DNA from: a virus
Taxonomy: Duplodnaviria > Caudoviricetes
DNA length: 39,975 nucleotides
Direction: 5' to 3' (one strand)
Virus record (IMG/VR): IMGVR_UViG_3300043447_000338
Coordinates: 1-39,975 of that record
Part shown: piece by piece, positions 10,114 to 18,105 of the stretch
How the letters are laid out: each line of letters starts with the position of its first letter
Position numbering within the stretch: position 1 is the stretch's first letter
The notes under the pieces: generated by a model
What the model was told of the DNA's origin: nothing
Seen by the model: the letters and a program-made list of their open reading frames with translations, nothing else
Databases searched by the model: none
Program-made: the position numbers and the translations under genes

Positions 10114-10589
10114 GTGTTTGGAATCCGGAACACGAAACCAACCCCATCAGTGCCATTCCAGCGGATCTCTACAGGAGCTCCTACGAGAGATAGTGTGCCA
10201 GATGCGCTCAGCTCCACAGCAGCTACAGCGCGTTTGTTGGCGTCTGTGTTATTGTAGATAATGCCCCAGGCGATGTTCGCAGGTCCGGCAGCGTCCTGCG
10301 CCAGGGGACCTACTTTATTAGCCGAGAAACTGATGATGCCTGAACTGTTAGAGACTGCCTCACCCGTTAGAGGTATTGGCCCCGGGTACGATGTGCCAGC
10401 CGTGCTTACTTGATTAGTAGCAAAGTTGGTGGTGCCCGTGCCGCCCCAGTGCGGGGCAGGAGTGGTCTTCAAGGGAGTGGTTACAGTAGTCGCAAACCCT
10501 ATACGGAAGTCGTCTCCGCTAAAATTGTGAACTTTATTGAGAATGTCGATGACTGCTTGGTCAAAGACGATAACTGATCCAGTAGCCAT
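10110..10589 (-). CDS. Virion structural protein
   Basis: 159 aa; DILNKVHNF..DDFRIG...WGIIYNNT pattern seen in phage virion proteins; abuts the portal stop. Confidence 0.55.
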   Translation of the reverse strand: MATGSVIVFDQAVIDILNKVHNFSGDDFRIGFATTVTTPLKTTPAPHWGGTGTTNFATNQVSTAGTSYPGPIPLTGEAVSNSSGIISFSANKVGPLAQDAAGPANIAWGIIYNNTDANKRAVAAVELSASGTLSLVGAPVEIRWNGTDGVGFVFRIPNT

Positions 10590-12628
10590 TATGCTTCCTC
10601 TTTAGAAAATGTGTCTAAGATTTCTTGCTGTTGCTGCGCTAAGTCTCCGACTATCTTAGTCAGTTGAGCTATCGCGTCTTTGATCTGATCCAGCTCATCG
10701 TCTTCTTTTTCGATCTCTTTTTCTTTTTTCTCTGCCGCCTTGCCCTCTTGATCTAGCGCGAGCTCAAGTTGTTTTTGCCCGTGCAGCTCTTTGTCCTTAG
10801 TGAGGTTCATATTAGCAATCTGCAGCTTGACCTCTGCATCTTTGTCGACCTCGTACTTCTTAACCTGAGCGTTGATGTTGGCGACTTCAAGTGATGTGTC
10901 CGGCTTCTCTTGCTGCTCAGGCGGTGGGGCTTGAATTTGCTGAGCCGCTGCCACAGCTTGATCAAACACGCTCTCAATGTCCGAGCTCGCTTTGAAGGAT
11001 GCTGTAGCCCATTGCAGAATCTGCAAGATAAATGGCAGTGCCTGGGGCATGCCTTGGGTCATTTGTGCGGTTTGGCTCACAAACTGCCCCACAGAGGTGA
11101 GATACTCCATGCGCATCTCACGCTCTGCGTTGTAGTCTGCGATTGAGAGGCTTTCCTCAGAGATTTCAATGCGGTAACGGCTTGCGTCATACTGCTTGAG
11201 CAAGGCCACAGCAGGCTGAACAAACTGAGCAGACTCCGTAAACTCCATCTGGCTCTGTTTGATGATGACATCTGGCTGGAAGTGCTTTGAGATGATCTCT
11301 GCCTTAATCCGCATGGCGTGCCGCACAAACTCGCCCACATCCTGCTGCGTGAGTTGTAGCCGGACGGAAGAGTACTGAGCCTTGAGTGTCTGGGCCTTGG
11401 CAGTTTCCCGTGGGTTGCTGGAGCCCCGCATAATGTCACTAATGCTGGTGAGCTCATAAATTTGGCCAATGACGGCCTGCCGTTGAATCATCAACTTCTC
11501 TAGCACAGCCGCCACCTGCTCAACTGGATACCAGTCGATGGAGCCCTTCATACCATTTTTCTCTGAAAATACCGCCCAATTGTCTACAGCGACCATGTTG
11601 AGCTCTGGGCCGGTTAAGATGGACTTAAGCTCAGTCACTGTAGCGTCGTAGGCGCCCACCACGCGCAGAGACTTCGTCAGAGAGTTAATTCGCGAGTTCA
11701 AAACGTCTAATTCATCGTACTGGTCCTGGGCCATGACGTAGTCAGGTCGTGGAATCAGGCTATCAGTGGAGTGGGTGGCAAATAGGGGCTTCGGGCATGG
11801 GAAAAAGCCGTCTAGCTTGAGAAAATCGTCTTTTACGTCTAAACACTCGTCCAAAACAGGCGAGCACCAGTAGATTTTGTTCGTATCCTTACACCAAACC
11901 TCATAAATCTCTACCCGCCCCTTGCGGAAGCCTTTAGGCAGGTGCTCTTTGGTTGCTTCAGTAGAGATTACAGCGTGCTTGATCTCGTCAAACTTCTCTT
12001 TTCCGAATTTTTTGATGAATTTGGTCTTTCTAAGCCAAATCCGCCTTGAAATCCAACCTACTTCGTCCCAAGTGCGGGCAGCTTCCCAGGCAAAGTCGCG
12101 CCAATGTACGGCCTCGGTGTAAACCTGCTCATCTACAATGATGGATTTTGGAATCGCCGGAGAGATTTCCTCCCCTGAGAAGGGATCCACAACCGCTGGG
12201 ATTGTGGAATTCTGCACTTGAGCCTCATATCGCAGCCACACTTGGCCCATGCCGGGCACTAAACGGTCCTCCACGGCGGACTTAAACGCCTTGTGCATGT
12301 CGCTGTCGTCTTTAGTGACGCCGATAGACAGTAGCCGCTCTAAAATAAGGGCCGCAACGCGGGCAATGTCGTCTTTAGAGTCACCATACTGCCGCGCCAC
12401 GGTGGGGGCGGGTGGAGTGGCGTAGAGTGCAGACTTGAGAATCTGCACATTCGCCCAGAAAATGTTGTAGCGCTTCTTATTCTCGTCTTCATCATTCGTA
12501 GCGAGATACCGCTCCACTACTCGACCAGCGGAAGTCCGCCACTTGTCGTCAAGCTGCTTCTCGACCTTGGCGATTTCCGAACACCACCACTTGGCGGAGT
12601 ATTCCTTAATGGCGTCGTCTGTGCTCAT
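10589..12628 (-). CDS. Portal protein
   Basis: About 679 aa after TerL; YNIFWANVQILK.ALY, FFPCPKPL and ISDIMRG motifs; start reassigned to ATG 12628, which overlaps the TerL stop (ATGA). Confidence 0.85.
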   Translation of the reverse strand: MSTDDAIKEYSAKWWCSEIAKVEKQLDDKWRTSAGRVVERYLATNDEDENKKRYNIFWANVQILKSALYATPPAPTVARQYGDSKDDIARVAALILERLLSIGVTKDDSDMHKAFKSAVEDRLVPGMGQVWLRYEAQVQNSTIPAVVDPFSGEEISPAIPKSIIVDEQVYTEAVHWRDFAWEAARTWDEVGWISRRIWLRKTKFIKKFGKEKFDEIKHAVISTEATKEHLPKGFRKGRVEIYEVWCKDTNKIYWCSPVLDECLDVKDDFLKLDGFFPCPKPLFATHSTDSLIPRPDYVMAQDQYDELDVLNSRINSLTKSLRVVGAYDATVTELKSILTGPELNMVAVDNWAVFSEKNGMKGSIDWYPVEQVAAVLEKLMIQRQAVIGQIYELTSISDIMRGSSNPRETAKAQTLKAQYSSVRLQLTQQDVGEFVRHAMRIKAEIISKHFQPDVIIKQSQMEFTESAQFVQPAVALLKQYDASRYRIEISEESLSIADYNAEREMRMEYLTSVGQFVSQTAQMTQGMPQALPFILQILQWATASFKASSDIESVFDQAVAAAQQIQAPPPEQQEKPDTSLEVANINAQVKKYEVDKDAEVKLQIANMNLTKDKELHGQKQLELALDQEGKAAEKKEKEIEKEDDELDQIKDAIAQLTKIVGDLAQQQQEILDTFSKEEA

Positions 12629-13980
12629 AGTCTTATAGAGTTCCTGCTGCTGGGGCCAGTGTCCCAAATGTCATTCAATGCAAAGCCGTAGTGTACGGGC
12701 CGCGCTGGGCCGTTGGCAAGGGGTTTTGCGCGGCTGGTTACGTACTCGCTATCGGTAGGCACGTCAAACGACAGGTTGGCATACCTAAACATGTCTGCAT
12801 GATGGCTGGACCAGTCATGTACAGGCTCGTTAGAGTACACTTTCTTATCTTCATCATACTTTCTATGATAGGATTTGAGTGCTAAGATTAGCGACTCGCA
12901 CTCTCGCTCATTAAAATACCACCGGGGGAACATTTTGCGCACTGCGGCGATACCATCCAGTATGGAAAGCTCCGGCACCAGCTTAGGGCGTAGGTTGGCG
13001 TCCCTAAAATTCTCAATAATGGACTTTCCCGTCTGTAAGCTCTTCGCTCTCGCGTCGTGTGGGAGGTAAATCTTGTCTAGACGGAGCTTCTTTTTATGCG
13101 TGTAGTCCTTAATATACTTGATGTAGTGGCTAATCGGCTTCAAATTATCACTGTAGGCGTGCCCCATCAGCAGGCCGTCAGGTCGGGGCTGGACAAAGCC
13201 AATGCTGGTAGAGTCTGTATAGCCCAAATCCATAATCGCGCTCACTGGAGCATGAGGATCAAATTGAAAATCTCCGATTCTACGCTCTTCCATCATCTGC
13301 TCAATTTGTCGAGCATAAATAGCCCCGCGCACGCTGGCCTCAAAGCTACAAAGCATCTCCTGAGCATACTGCTCAGGATCCATGATCTTCTTCATCTCTG
13401 CCAAGTCATCTTCTGGGATGACTCCAGTCTCTGTAACTGGGAGGAAGACTACGAGCCAGTCTTTTTCTCGTCGTTTGGCGTAGTACATGTCCCTAAAGTG
13501 GTTGGGCCCGTTGGGCGTGCCCATGAACACGGCCCATCCTCGTCGGTCGATAAGGGCTGGGAGGAGGACTTCTTTCCAAACAGACTCCACCATGTTGCCG
13601 AATTCATCAAGGACAACACCATCAAAGTACATACCTCGGAATGAGTCGGGGTTGTCGGCTCCGTAGAGTGTGATGCGGGGGTTGTTGGGGAGGGCTTCAA
13701 GTTCGACATACAGTCCTGCCTCGCTTATCTTTGGCTTGAATGGGAGGGCAGCCTCTTTTAGATACTGCCATGCGATGTCTTTGGCCTGTCTTAAGAGTGG
13801 AGCTACATATGCGTACCTGGGGGCTTGGCGGGTGTTACGGGTGGCGCGCTCAATAAGGTCATTAATCGCCGCTACGGTTTTCCCCGCTCGACGGTGGGCC
13901 ACTAGAATAGACCACCTCTGATTCCTCATGTGGAAGGGGAGAAAGTGTTTGCGGGGCTGGTAGTTGATTTTTATGCGCAT
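12625..13980 (-). CDS. terL: Terminase large subunit
   Basis: Walker A AHRRAGKT, Walker B VVLDE, coupling motif GTP, nuclease motifs DLG..DST, LPHDA and HDWSSH.AD.FRY; probable start MRIKINYQPR at 13980. Confidence 0.95.
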   Translation of the reverse strand: MRIKINYQPRKHFLPFHMRNQRWSILVAHRRAGKTVAAINDLIERATRNTRQAPRYAYVAPLLRQAKDIAWQYLKEAALPFKPKISEAGLYVELEALPNNPRITLYGADNPDSFRGMYFDGVVLDEFGNMVESVWKEVLLPALIDRRGWAVFMGTPNGPNHFRDMYYAKRREKDWLVVFLPVTETGVIPEDDLAEMKKIMDPEQYAQEMLCSFEASVRGAIYARQIEQMMEERRIGDFQFDPHAPVSAIMDLGYTDSTSIGFVQPRPDGLLMGHAYSDNLKPISHYIKYIKDYTHKKKLRLDKIYLPHDARAKSLQTGKSIIENFRDANLRPKLVPELSILDGIAAVRKMFPRWYFNERECESLILALKSYHRKYDEDKKVYSNEPVHDWSSHHADMFRYANLSFDVPTDSEYVTSRAKPLANGPARPVHYGFALNDIWDTGPSSRNSIRL

Positions 13981-14263
13981 TGTGGTTGTCCAGATCCGTA
14001 GTGGGGGTGCTGTGCTCAATTATGAGCGTACCGTTGGGGTCCGTGATATTCAGGCTGGTGGAGGGCAGCAACTTAGCGAAAAGTGGGTAGAATTTATCCG
14101 GGTTCTTATTGGCCCAGAGTGTGAGGCGGGTGGTGCCCCCAATGAGCTCAAATGCTTGGGTAAATGCCTGGACAATGTCCATGCGGTTAAAGCCATCCCG
14201 TGGGCGGGAAAAGCGGGGCAGTTTGTCAGTCTGCTCGATGGGGGTAAAGTCTTGGTCATCCAT
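13862..14263 (-). CDS. terS: Terminase small subunit
   Basis: AFELIGG..RL..WA..NP..FY.LF.KLLP motif; directly upstream of and overlapping terL; probable start ATG 14263. Confidence 0.7.
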   Translation of the reverse strand: MDDQDFTPIEQTDKLPRFSRPRDGFNRMDIVQAFTQAFELIGGTTRLTLWANKNPDKFYPLFAKLLPSTSLNITDPNGTLIIEHSTPTTDLDNHNAHKNQLPAPQTLSPLPHEESEVVYSSGPPSSGENRSGD

Positions 14264-14329
14264 GGGTGGGCAGCCTAGCACAGGCCCTGGGGGGTTGACA
14301 AGGGGTGTGAACTATAGAAATACTGAGTT

Positions 14330-14407
14330 TCTAAATAGAAAATGCCACGACATCTAAATAGTTGACCAAGTGGTAATGCTAGGATATCTAAATAGTCGAA
14401 TAAATAG
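14330..14407 (+). repeat. Four direct repeats (TC)TAAATAG upstream of terS
   Basis: TCTAAATAG at 14330, 14353 and 14387; TAAATAG at 14401. Confidence 0.75.
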
Positions 14408-14490
14408 AAAATACACGGGGGCGGTGGGTAGAGGTTTTAGTTTCGGTGGGGGTCTCCTCCCCCGGGGGCCAAGGCGCTCCAGGCCCCCCA

Positions 14491-14610
14491 GTTAGTACTT
14501 ACTTACTTACACCGCACGGCGGCCCTAAGTTAGTGGGCGCTAACTAACTTAGGGCCCCAAGTTGGTGCGTAGCGTGGCCCTAAGTTAGTGGGCACTTACT
14601 AACTTAGGGC
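14491..14610. repeat. GTTAGT-N8-ACTAAC palindromes, including two near-identical 13-14-bp-stem hairpins
   Basis: GGCCCTAAGTTAGT-GGGCGCTA-ACTAACTTAGGGCC (14521-14556); GCCCTAAGTTAGT-GGGCACTT-ACTAACTTAGGGC (14577-14610); degenerate copy at 14491-14510. Confidence 0.85.
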
Positions 14611-14647
14611 TGGGTTAGTGGGGTTTTGTGTAACAAGGTGTTACGGC

Positions 14648-14930
14648 GGTGGCACCTGCCACCGGGCGGGCGGGGGCGGGTAAGTTGTTGTTTTGTAAGG
14701 GTTTTGCCCCCGTGGCAGGCCATTTTGGCGGTGGCAGGTGGCAGGTGGCAGGTGCTAAAAGTTGCCAAAACTGCTGTGCGTGTGCGTGCGCGCACACATA
14801 GGCAGGCGTACATACACACATATTACTTTATAAATTTAACTGCCACCTGCCACCCCTACACAAAACACGCCTTACAAAACAACAAGTTAGCGCGGTTACG
14901 GGTGCCAGTGGCAAGTTGTGGCAAGTGCCC
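14648..14930. other. Putative replication origin: inverted iteron arrays around an AT-rich core
   Basis: GGTGGCA tandem repeats (14730-14753) and inverted TGCCACC copies (14840-14854); perfect 16-bp inverted repeat 14685-14700/14870-14885; AT core 14821-14840; lies downstream of the primase-helicase gene. Confidence 0.55.
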
Positions 14931-14959
14931 CCACCTTACCACCCGCCACCAACAGGCGT

Positions 14960-14983
14960 AAAAAAGCCCGCGCAGGGCGGGCT
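14960..14983 (-). terminator. Intrinsic terminator after the 106-aa gene
   Basis: Minus strand AGCCCGC-CCTGC-GCGGGCT followed by a T run. Confidence 0.8.
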
Positions 14984-15004
14984 GGTGTGGTAGTGGGGGT
15001 GTGC

Positions 15005-15325
15005 TTACTCTGCCGCAGCTACAAGATAGCCCTTACGCACCGCGTAGCCCACAAAGTGGCTAGGTACGCCCTGCTCAACAACCTGGGCCACTGTGGCGGG
15101 GCCCTGTGCCAGTGCCTTACCAATAATGGCCCACCATGCGTTGTTGTGCTCACAAGCCACCTTGTAGGGCTTAGGGCCCATTACAACGCGCAAGGTTGCG
15201 TTTTTAGGCTGCTTAGCTACCTGGGCCTTAACTGGCACGCTTGGCGCTGCCAAAAGCCCGCTAAACGGGGTTGTAGGTGCCACAACAGTTGCTGCCTTAA
15301 CTTTGCTGTTTGCTTTAGTTGCCAT
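15005..15325 (-). CDS. Small basic protein (106 aa), putative DNA-binding
   Basis: SD AAAGG, own terminator; contains no Asp and only 3 Glu; C-terminal similarity to 26671-27123. Confidence 0.7.
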   Translation of the reverse strand: MATKANSKVKAATVVAPTTPFSGLLAAPSVPVKAQVAKQPKNATLRVVMGPKPYKVACEHNNAWWAIIGKALAQGPATVAQVVEQGVPSHFVGYAVRKGYLVAAAE

Positions 15326-15494
15326 TTTGTGCCTTTACATTGCCACCAAACAGGGCGGCTAGCTGGTGCATACCACTTGGTTGCACAGTTGCTATTATGC
15401 ACTCAGGCACCATTAGTACCATAAGGGTAAACCCTACAAATTGTAATAATGTGTAACTGCGCTATTGCCACCACACGCCCGCATGGTGTAGGCA

Positions 15495-15556
15495 CTTGTT
15501 AGTGGGCATTTACTAACAAGCCCATTGCCCTTATTTGTTGGTAAGCACACACTAAC
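15495..15556. repeat. Two further GTTAGT-N8-ACTAAC-type palindromes
   Basis: CTTGTTAGT-GGGCATTT-ACTAACAAG (15495-15520) and GTTGGT-AAGCACAC-ACTAAC (15537-15556). Confidence 0.7.
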
Positions 15557-15571
15557 TGCTGTCAACTGTGG

Positions 15572-17638
15572 TTAAAGCCCGCCGCCAAGCTTGCCGCAGT
15601 GGGCGTCCCACTGGCGCTTGACTCGGTCGGAGTCCCACAAGTCGATCTTGTCTCGGTCTGTAAGAATCCAGAACCGTTTAGTTGCACCGTTGATTTTAAC
15701 CTTCACCGTGTTAAAGCCTACCTCCTGCATGCGCTTGCCCAGGGCTATCTTCAACCCAGGGGACACATGAGCACCAGCATCCCCACTCAGGTAAGCCCAC
15801 GCAAGCTGTTCACTCGTCAAGCACTCCGCCCCTAGCAGTACAGGTGGCAGCACCTCAGTAGGGTCGGCCCACAGAGTGCGCACCCACTGTTCCATGCTGG
15901 AGCGGGTCGAGTCCGTCACAAACTCTTTAGCTTCCGTGTGCGGAGCGCGTCCGTGGGGGTCGAATCCTGTAAGGTCCACCTGTAGTAACCAGCCGTACAG
16001 GGCGCCAGCACCGCCGCCCTGTACCCAGGCAAAGTAGTCATCCCAATAAGTAGCATCAAATATAACCTGCGTGGGCGTTTTGCAGTGGATGACGCATGCT
16101 CTACGATCTCCATCGTCCAACTTTATAGAGTCACTGTAATTGCTGGTGCTCACTAAATTGAGGCAATTGCGAGCTTCATACTCTTCTCGCCCCTTGGCGT
16201 TGACTGTAAGTGTGGGCGCGGTGATCAGCATTTTGAGTTTGTTGGTCAGTATAAGAGCATCTTTGTCATTCCCACCCTGCACCTCGTCCAAGTTTACAAA
16301 TTGACGAGAGGCGTAGACCTGATTGAAGTCGGACACAATACGTTCTTTGCCCAGACTAATCGCATTCTCGCCGTAGATTTCCAATATGGGAGTGAGTGCA
16401 GCATTCTTCCCACACCCGCTGGCCCCGTACATGTGGATAAATTGGCCTGTTTTGGCCCCTAAATTCTGCAATGGGTAGGCAAACCACTGGTAAATCCAGC
16501 GTCTAAGGTCAGCATCTGGACACAACTGCTCCCATAAGCGCTGCCACGGCTCCGCACTGCCGCCCGTGGGTTCCACACCCATACCGCACCACAAGTTAAT
16601 CAACTCTCCCTCAACCAGTGGAGGGTCTCCAGGTGAGTATTCCAGCCGTTCAACTTCCTTACGCCCAGGCCATTGCAGCCACACGCGGGGCACATTCACC
16701 ACCTTCTCCCCTGTCTCGTCTGGGGCGGTGTAGTGCGCGTAGTTGACGCCACAAAAGTCCTGTGTGGACATTAACACATGCGTGCGCTGATCCACCACTT
16801 TCTTTAATGAGCGTACAATACACACTTCCTCATTCAATTGGAGGCGTAGACTCTCCAATTCGCCAATGCCAACCTCCACGGCAGCGTCTAGGCCAGCTAA
16901 AAACGCAGCGCCAGCATCAAAGCCAAGGTGGGCGCAGTAGTCGTCAAAGCCCCAATCTGCCGCAGCCCACTCAGCGGGGGGTTTGGGGAGTAGCAAATGT
17001 TGGACTTTTACCTTACAAATGAGGCTCATGCGCGCAGCAAAACGCCTGATGGCGAGGGCTACGTCGTCATTCGTGGCAGCATTAGAGTCGAAGACTACGA
17101 CGCATTTAAGCTCTTTCTCCCGCCAGGGCAGGTCACGGAGCGCGGGGAGCAGTGGGAGCTCGTTGGCCTTGCTGCCCCAGCCCCACACGCCATTCAGCCC
17201 CACGCTGTAGGTGCCGCATTTAGCGCCAGCAATCGCCTTGATGCAGGACTCTTGAATGTAAATGGTGCTACCTTGGGGAATATTTGTCCAATCCAGCGTG
17301 CGGGGCAGGTAGGCGCAGGGTGGGTATTTAGGGGGGCAGTACATTTTGCCCCGACTCTTTGGCGCGGCGGCAGCCCAACCGGTGGGCGGGGCAAGCTCAA
17401 CTAGACGAGCACTCCACCAATCTTCCATCTCTCCACGCACGTTGTGGTGGGTGAATACTGCGGCTGCTCGGTCATCATACAGCTTGCCAATGTCAGCACA
17501 GCGTAGAATGCGAATGTCGTGAGCATCTATGTCTTCCCGACTGACGCCTCGTTCTCGTAGGTAGGCGTAAACCCTATCAATTCCTATTTCATTCTCTGGT
17601 GTAGGTAGCTCAGGCAGGTCTTGGGCGCGGTAGTTCAT
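15572..17638 (-). CDS. Primase-helicase (DUF3854-like TOPRIM + D5-like SF3 helicase)
   Basis: IQES.IKA, GLNGVWGW, VVFDS and GFDDY TOPRIM motifs; Walker A GASGCGKN, Walker B NLDEV, STSN and DRR. Confidence 0.85.
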   Translation of the reverse strand: MNYRAQDLPELPTPENEIGIDRVYAYLRERGVSREDIDAHDIRILRCADIGKLYDDRAAAVFTHHNVRGEMEDWWSARLVELAPPTGWAAAAPKSRGKMYCPPKYPPCAYLPRTLDWTNIPQGSTIYIQESCIKAIAGAKCGTYSVGLNGVWGWGSKANELPLLPALRDLPWREKELKCVVVFDSNAATNDDVALAIRRFAARMSLICKVKVQHLLLPKPPAEWAAADWGFDDYCAHLGFDAGAAFLAGLDAAVEVGIGELESLRLQLNEEVCIVRSLKKVVDQRTHVLMSTQDFCGVNYAHYTAPDETGEKVVNVPRVWLQWPGRKEVERLEYSPGDPPLVEGELINLWCGMGVEPTGGSAEPWQRLWEQLCPDADLRRWIYQWFAYPLQNLGAKTGQFIHMYGASGCGKNAALTPILEIYGENAISLGKERIVSDFNQVYASRQFVNLDEVQGGNDKDALILTNKLKMLITAPTLTVNAKGREEYEARNCLNLVSTSNYSDSIKLDDGDRRACVIHCKTPTQVIFDATYWDDYFAWVQGGGAGALYGWLLQVDLTGFDPHGRAPHTEAKEFVTDSTRSSMEQWVRTLWADPTEVLPPVLLGAECLTSEQLAWAYLSGDAGAHVSPGLKIALGKRMQEVGFNTVKVKINGATKRFWILTDRDKIDLWDSDRVKRQWDAHCGKLGGGL

Positions 17639-17685
17639 GCCGTGGCCCCCTTGCTGCAGTGGGCGGGCTGCTGTATAGTGTGCAT
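17635..17685 (-). CDS. 16-aa upstream ORF (MHTIQQPAHCSKGATA) coupled to the primase start
   Basis: SD AAGGA 5 nt before the ATG; its TGA overlaps the primase ATG (ATGA). Confidence 0.35.
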   Translation of the reverse strand: MHTIQQPAHCSKGATA

Positions 17686-17711
17686 TGTTGTCCTTCGTTA
17701 AGTGAAAGCAT

Positions 17712-17748
17712 AAGCCCGTTGTCTCTTCCCCGACACAACGGGCTTTTT
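17712..17748 (+). terminator. Stem-loop with T-tract in the primase leader
   Basis: AAGCCCGTTGT...ACAACGGGCTT followed by TTT. Confidence 0.6.
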
Positions 17749-17783
17749 CACGCGCCGTAGCTTGTAAGCTGCAACGCCCTTAC

Positions 17784-17813
17784 AGTGTAGGCCAATACCT
17801 TGTTGGTGGGCAA
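17784..17813 (-). promoter_or_regulatory. Putative sigma70 promoter toward the primase gene
   Basis: TTGCCC-N18-TACACT on the minus strand. Confidence 0.4.
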
Positions 17814-17824
17814 TTACAGACCGC

Positions 17825-17853
17825 TTGCACGCCGTTTTGGACTGCCCTATACT
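17825..17853 (+). promoter_or_regulatory. Putative sigma70 promoter for the rightward early operon
   Basis: TTGCAC-N17-TATACT, 40 nt before the ATG at 17893. Confidence 0.65.
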
Positions 17854-17892
17854 GGCCCCGCCGCTGTGTAGCGGTGTAAATGGAGTATTCTA

Positions 17893-18105
17893 ATGCACAT
17901 AGAATCCAAGCCCTACGGGCCGCTCGTTAAAGTAGTCAGTAAATCAAACTTCGGCATCACTTCTTTAGAGGTGCGGGTGCTGACTAAAGACGGTTGGCAA
18001 GTGCGTGCCTTGTGGGCCGACGCCCTGCAGGACGGCGTGATGGAGGCTGCCGACCAAAAAGCCCGCCAACTGCGCGTCAAACTACTTGAGGGAGAAATAG
18101 CATGA
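17893..18105 (+). CDS. Hypothetical protein
   Basis: 70 aa, SD GGAG, first gene after the promoter. Confidence 0.6.
   Translation: MHIESKPYGPLVKVVSKSNFGITSLEVRVLTKDGWQVRALWADALQDGVMEAADQKARQLRVKLLEGEIA

Larger units (their letters stand above)
14479..15605. other. TC/GA-dinucleotide-depleted island
   Basis: Manual scan: none in 14479-15009; only 6 in 14479-15605 (at 15009, 15025, 15075, 15150, 15403, 15562). Confidence 0.9.

Noticed and set aside
14521-14610. Two ~35-bp palindromic repeats separated by ~20 nt, resembling a mini-CRISPR array
   Set aside because: Only two full copies with differing loops and a short spacer; related motifs recur 900 nt away; no cas operon. Better explained as operators or hairpins.
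14479-15009. General UV pyrimidine-dimer avoidance or low complexity as the cause of the TC/GA gap
   Set aside because: TT, CT and CC are plentiful, and the gap extends through non-repetitive and coding sequence.
14604-15424. ORF-track entries 14604-14819, 14615-14821, 14626-14961, 14918-15424 and 15217-15402
   Set aside because: No SD, and they translate repeats. Loss of GA/TC removes TGA stops on both strands, which inflates spurious ORFs.
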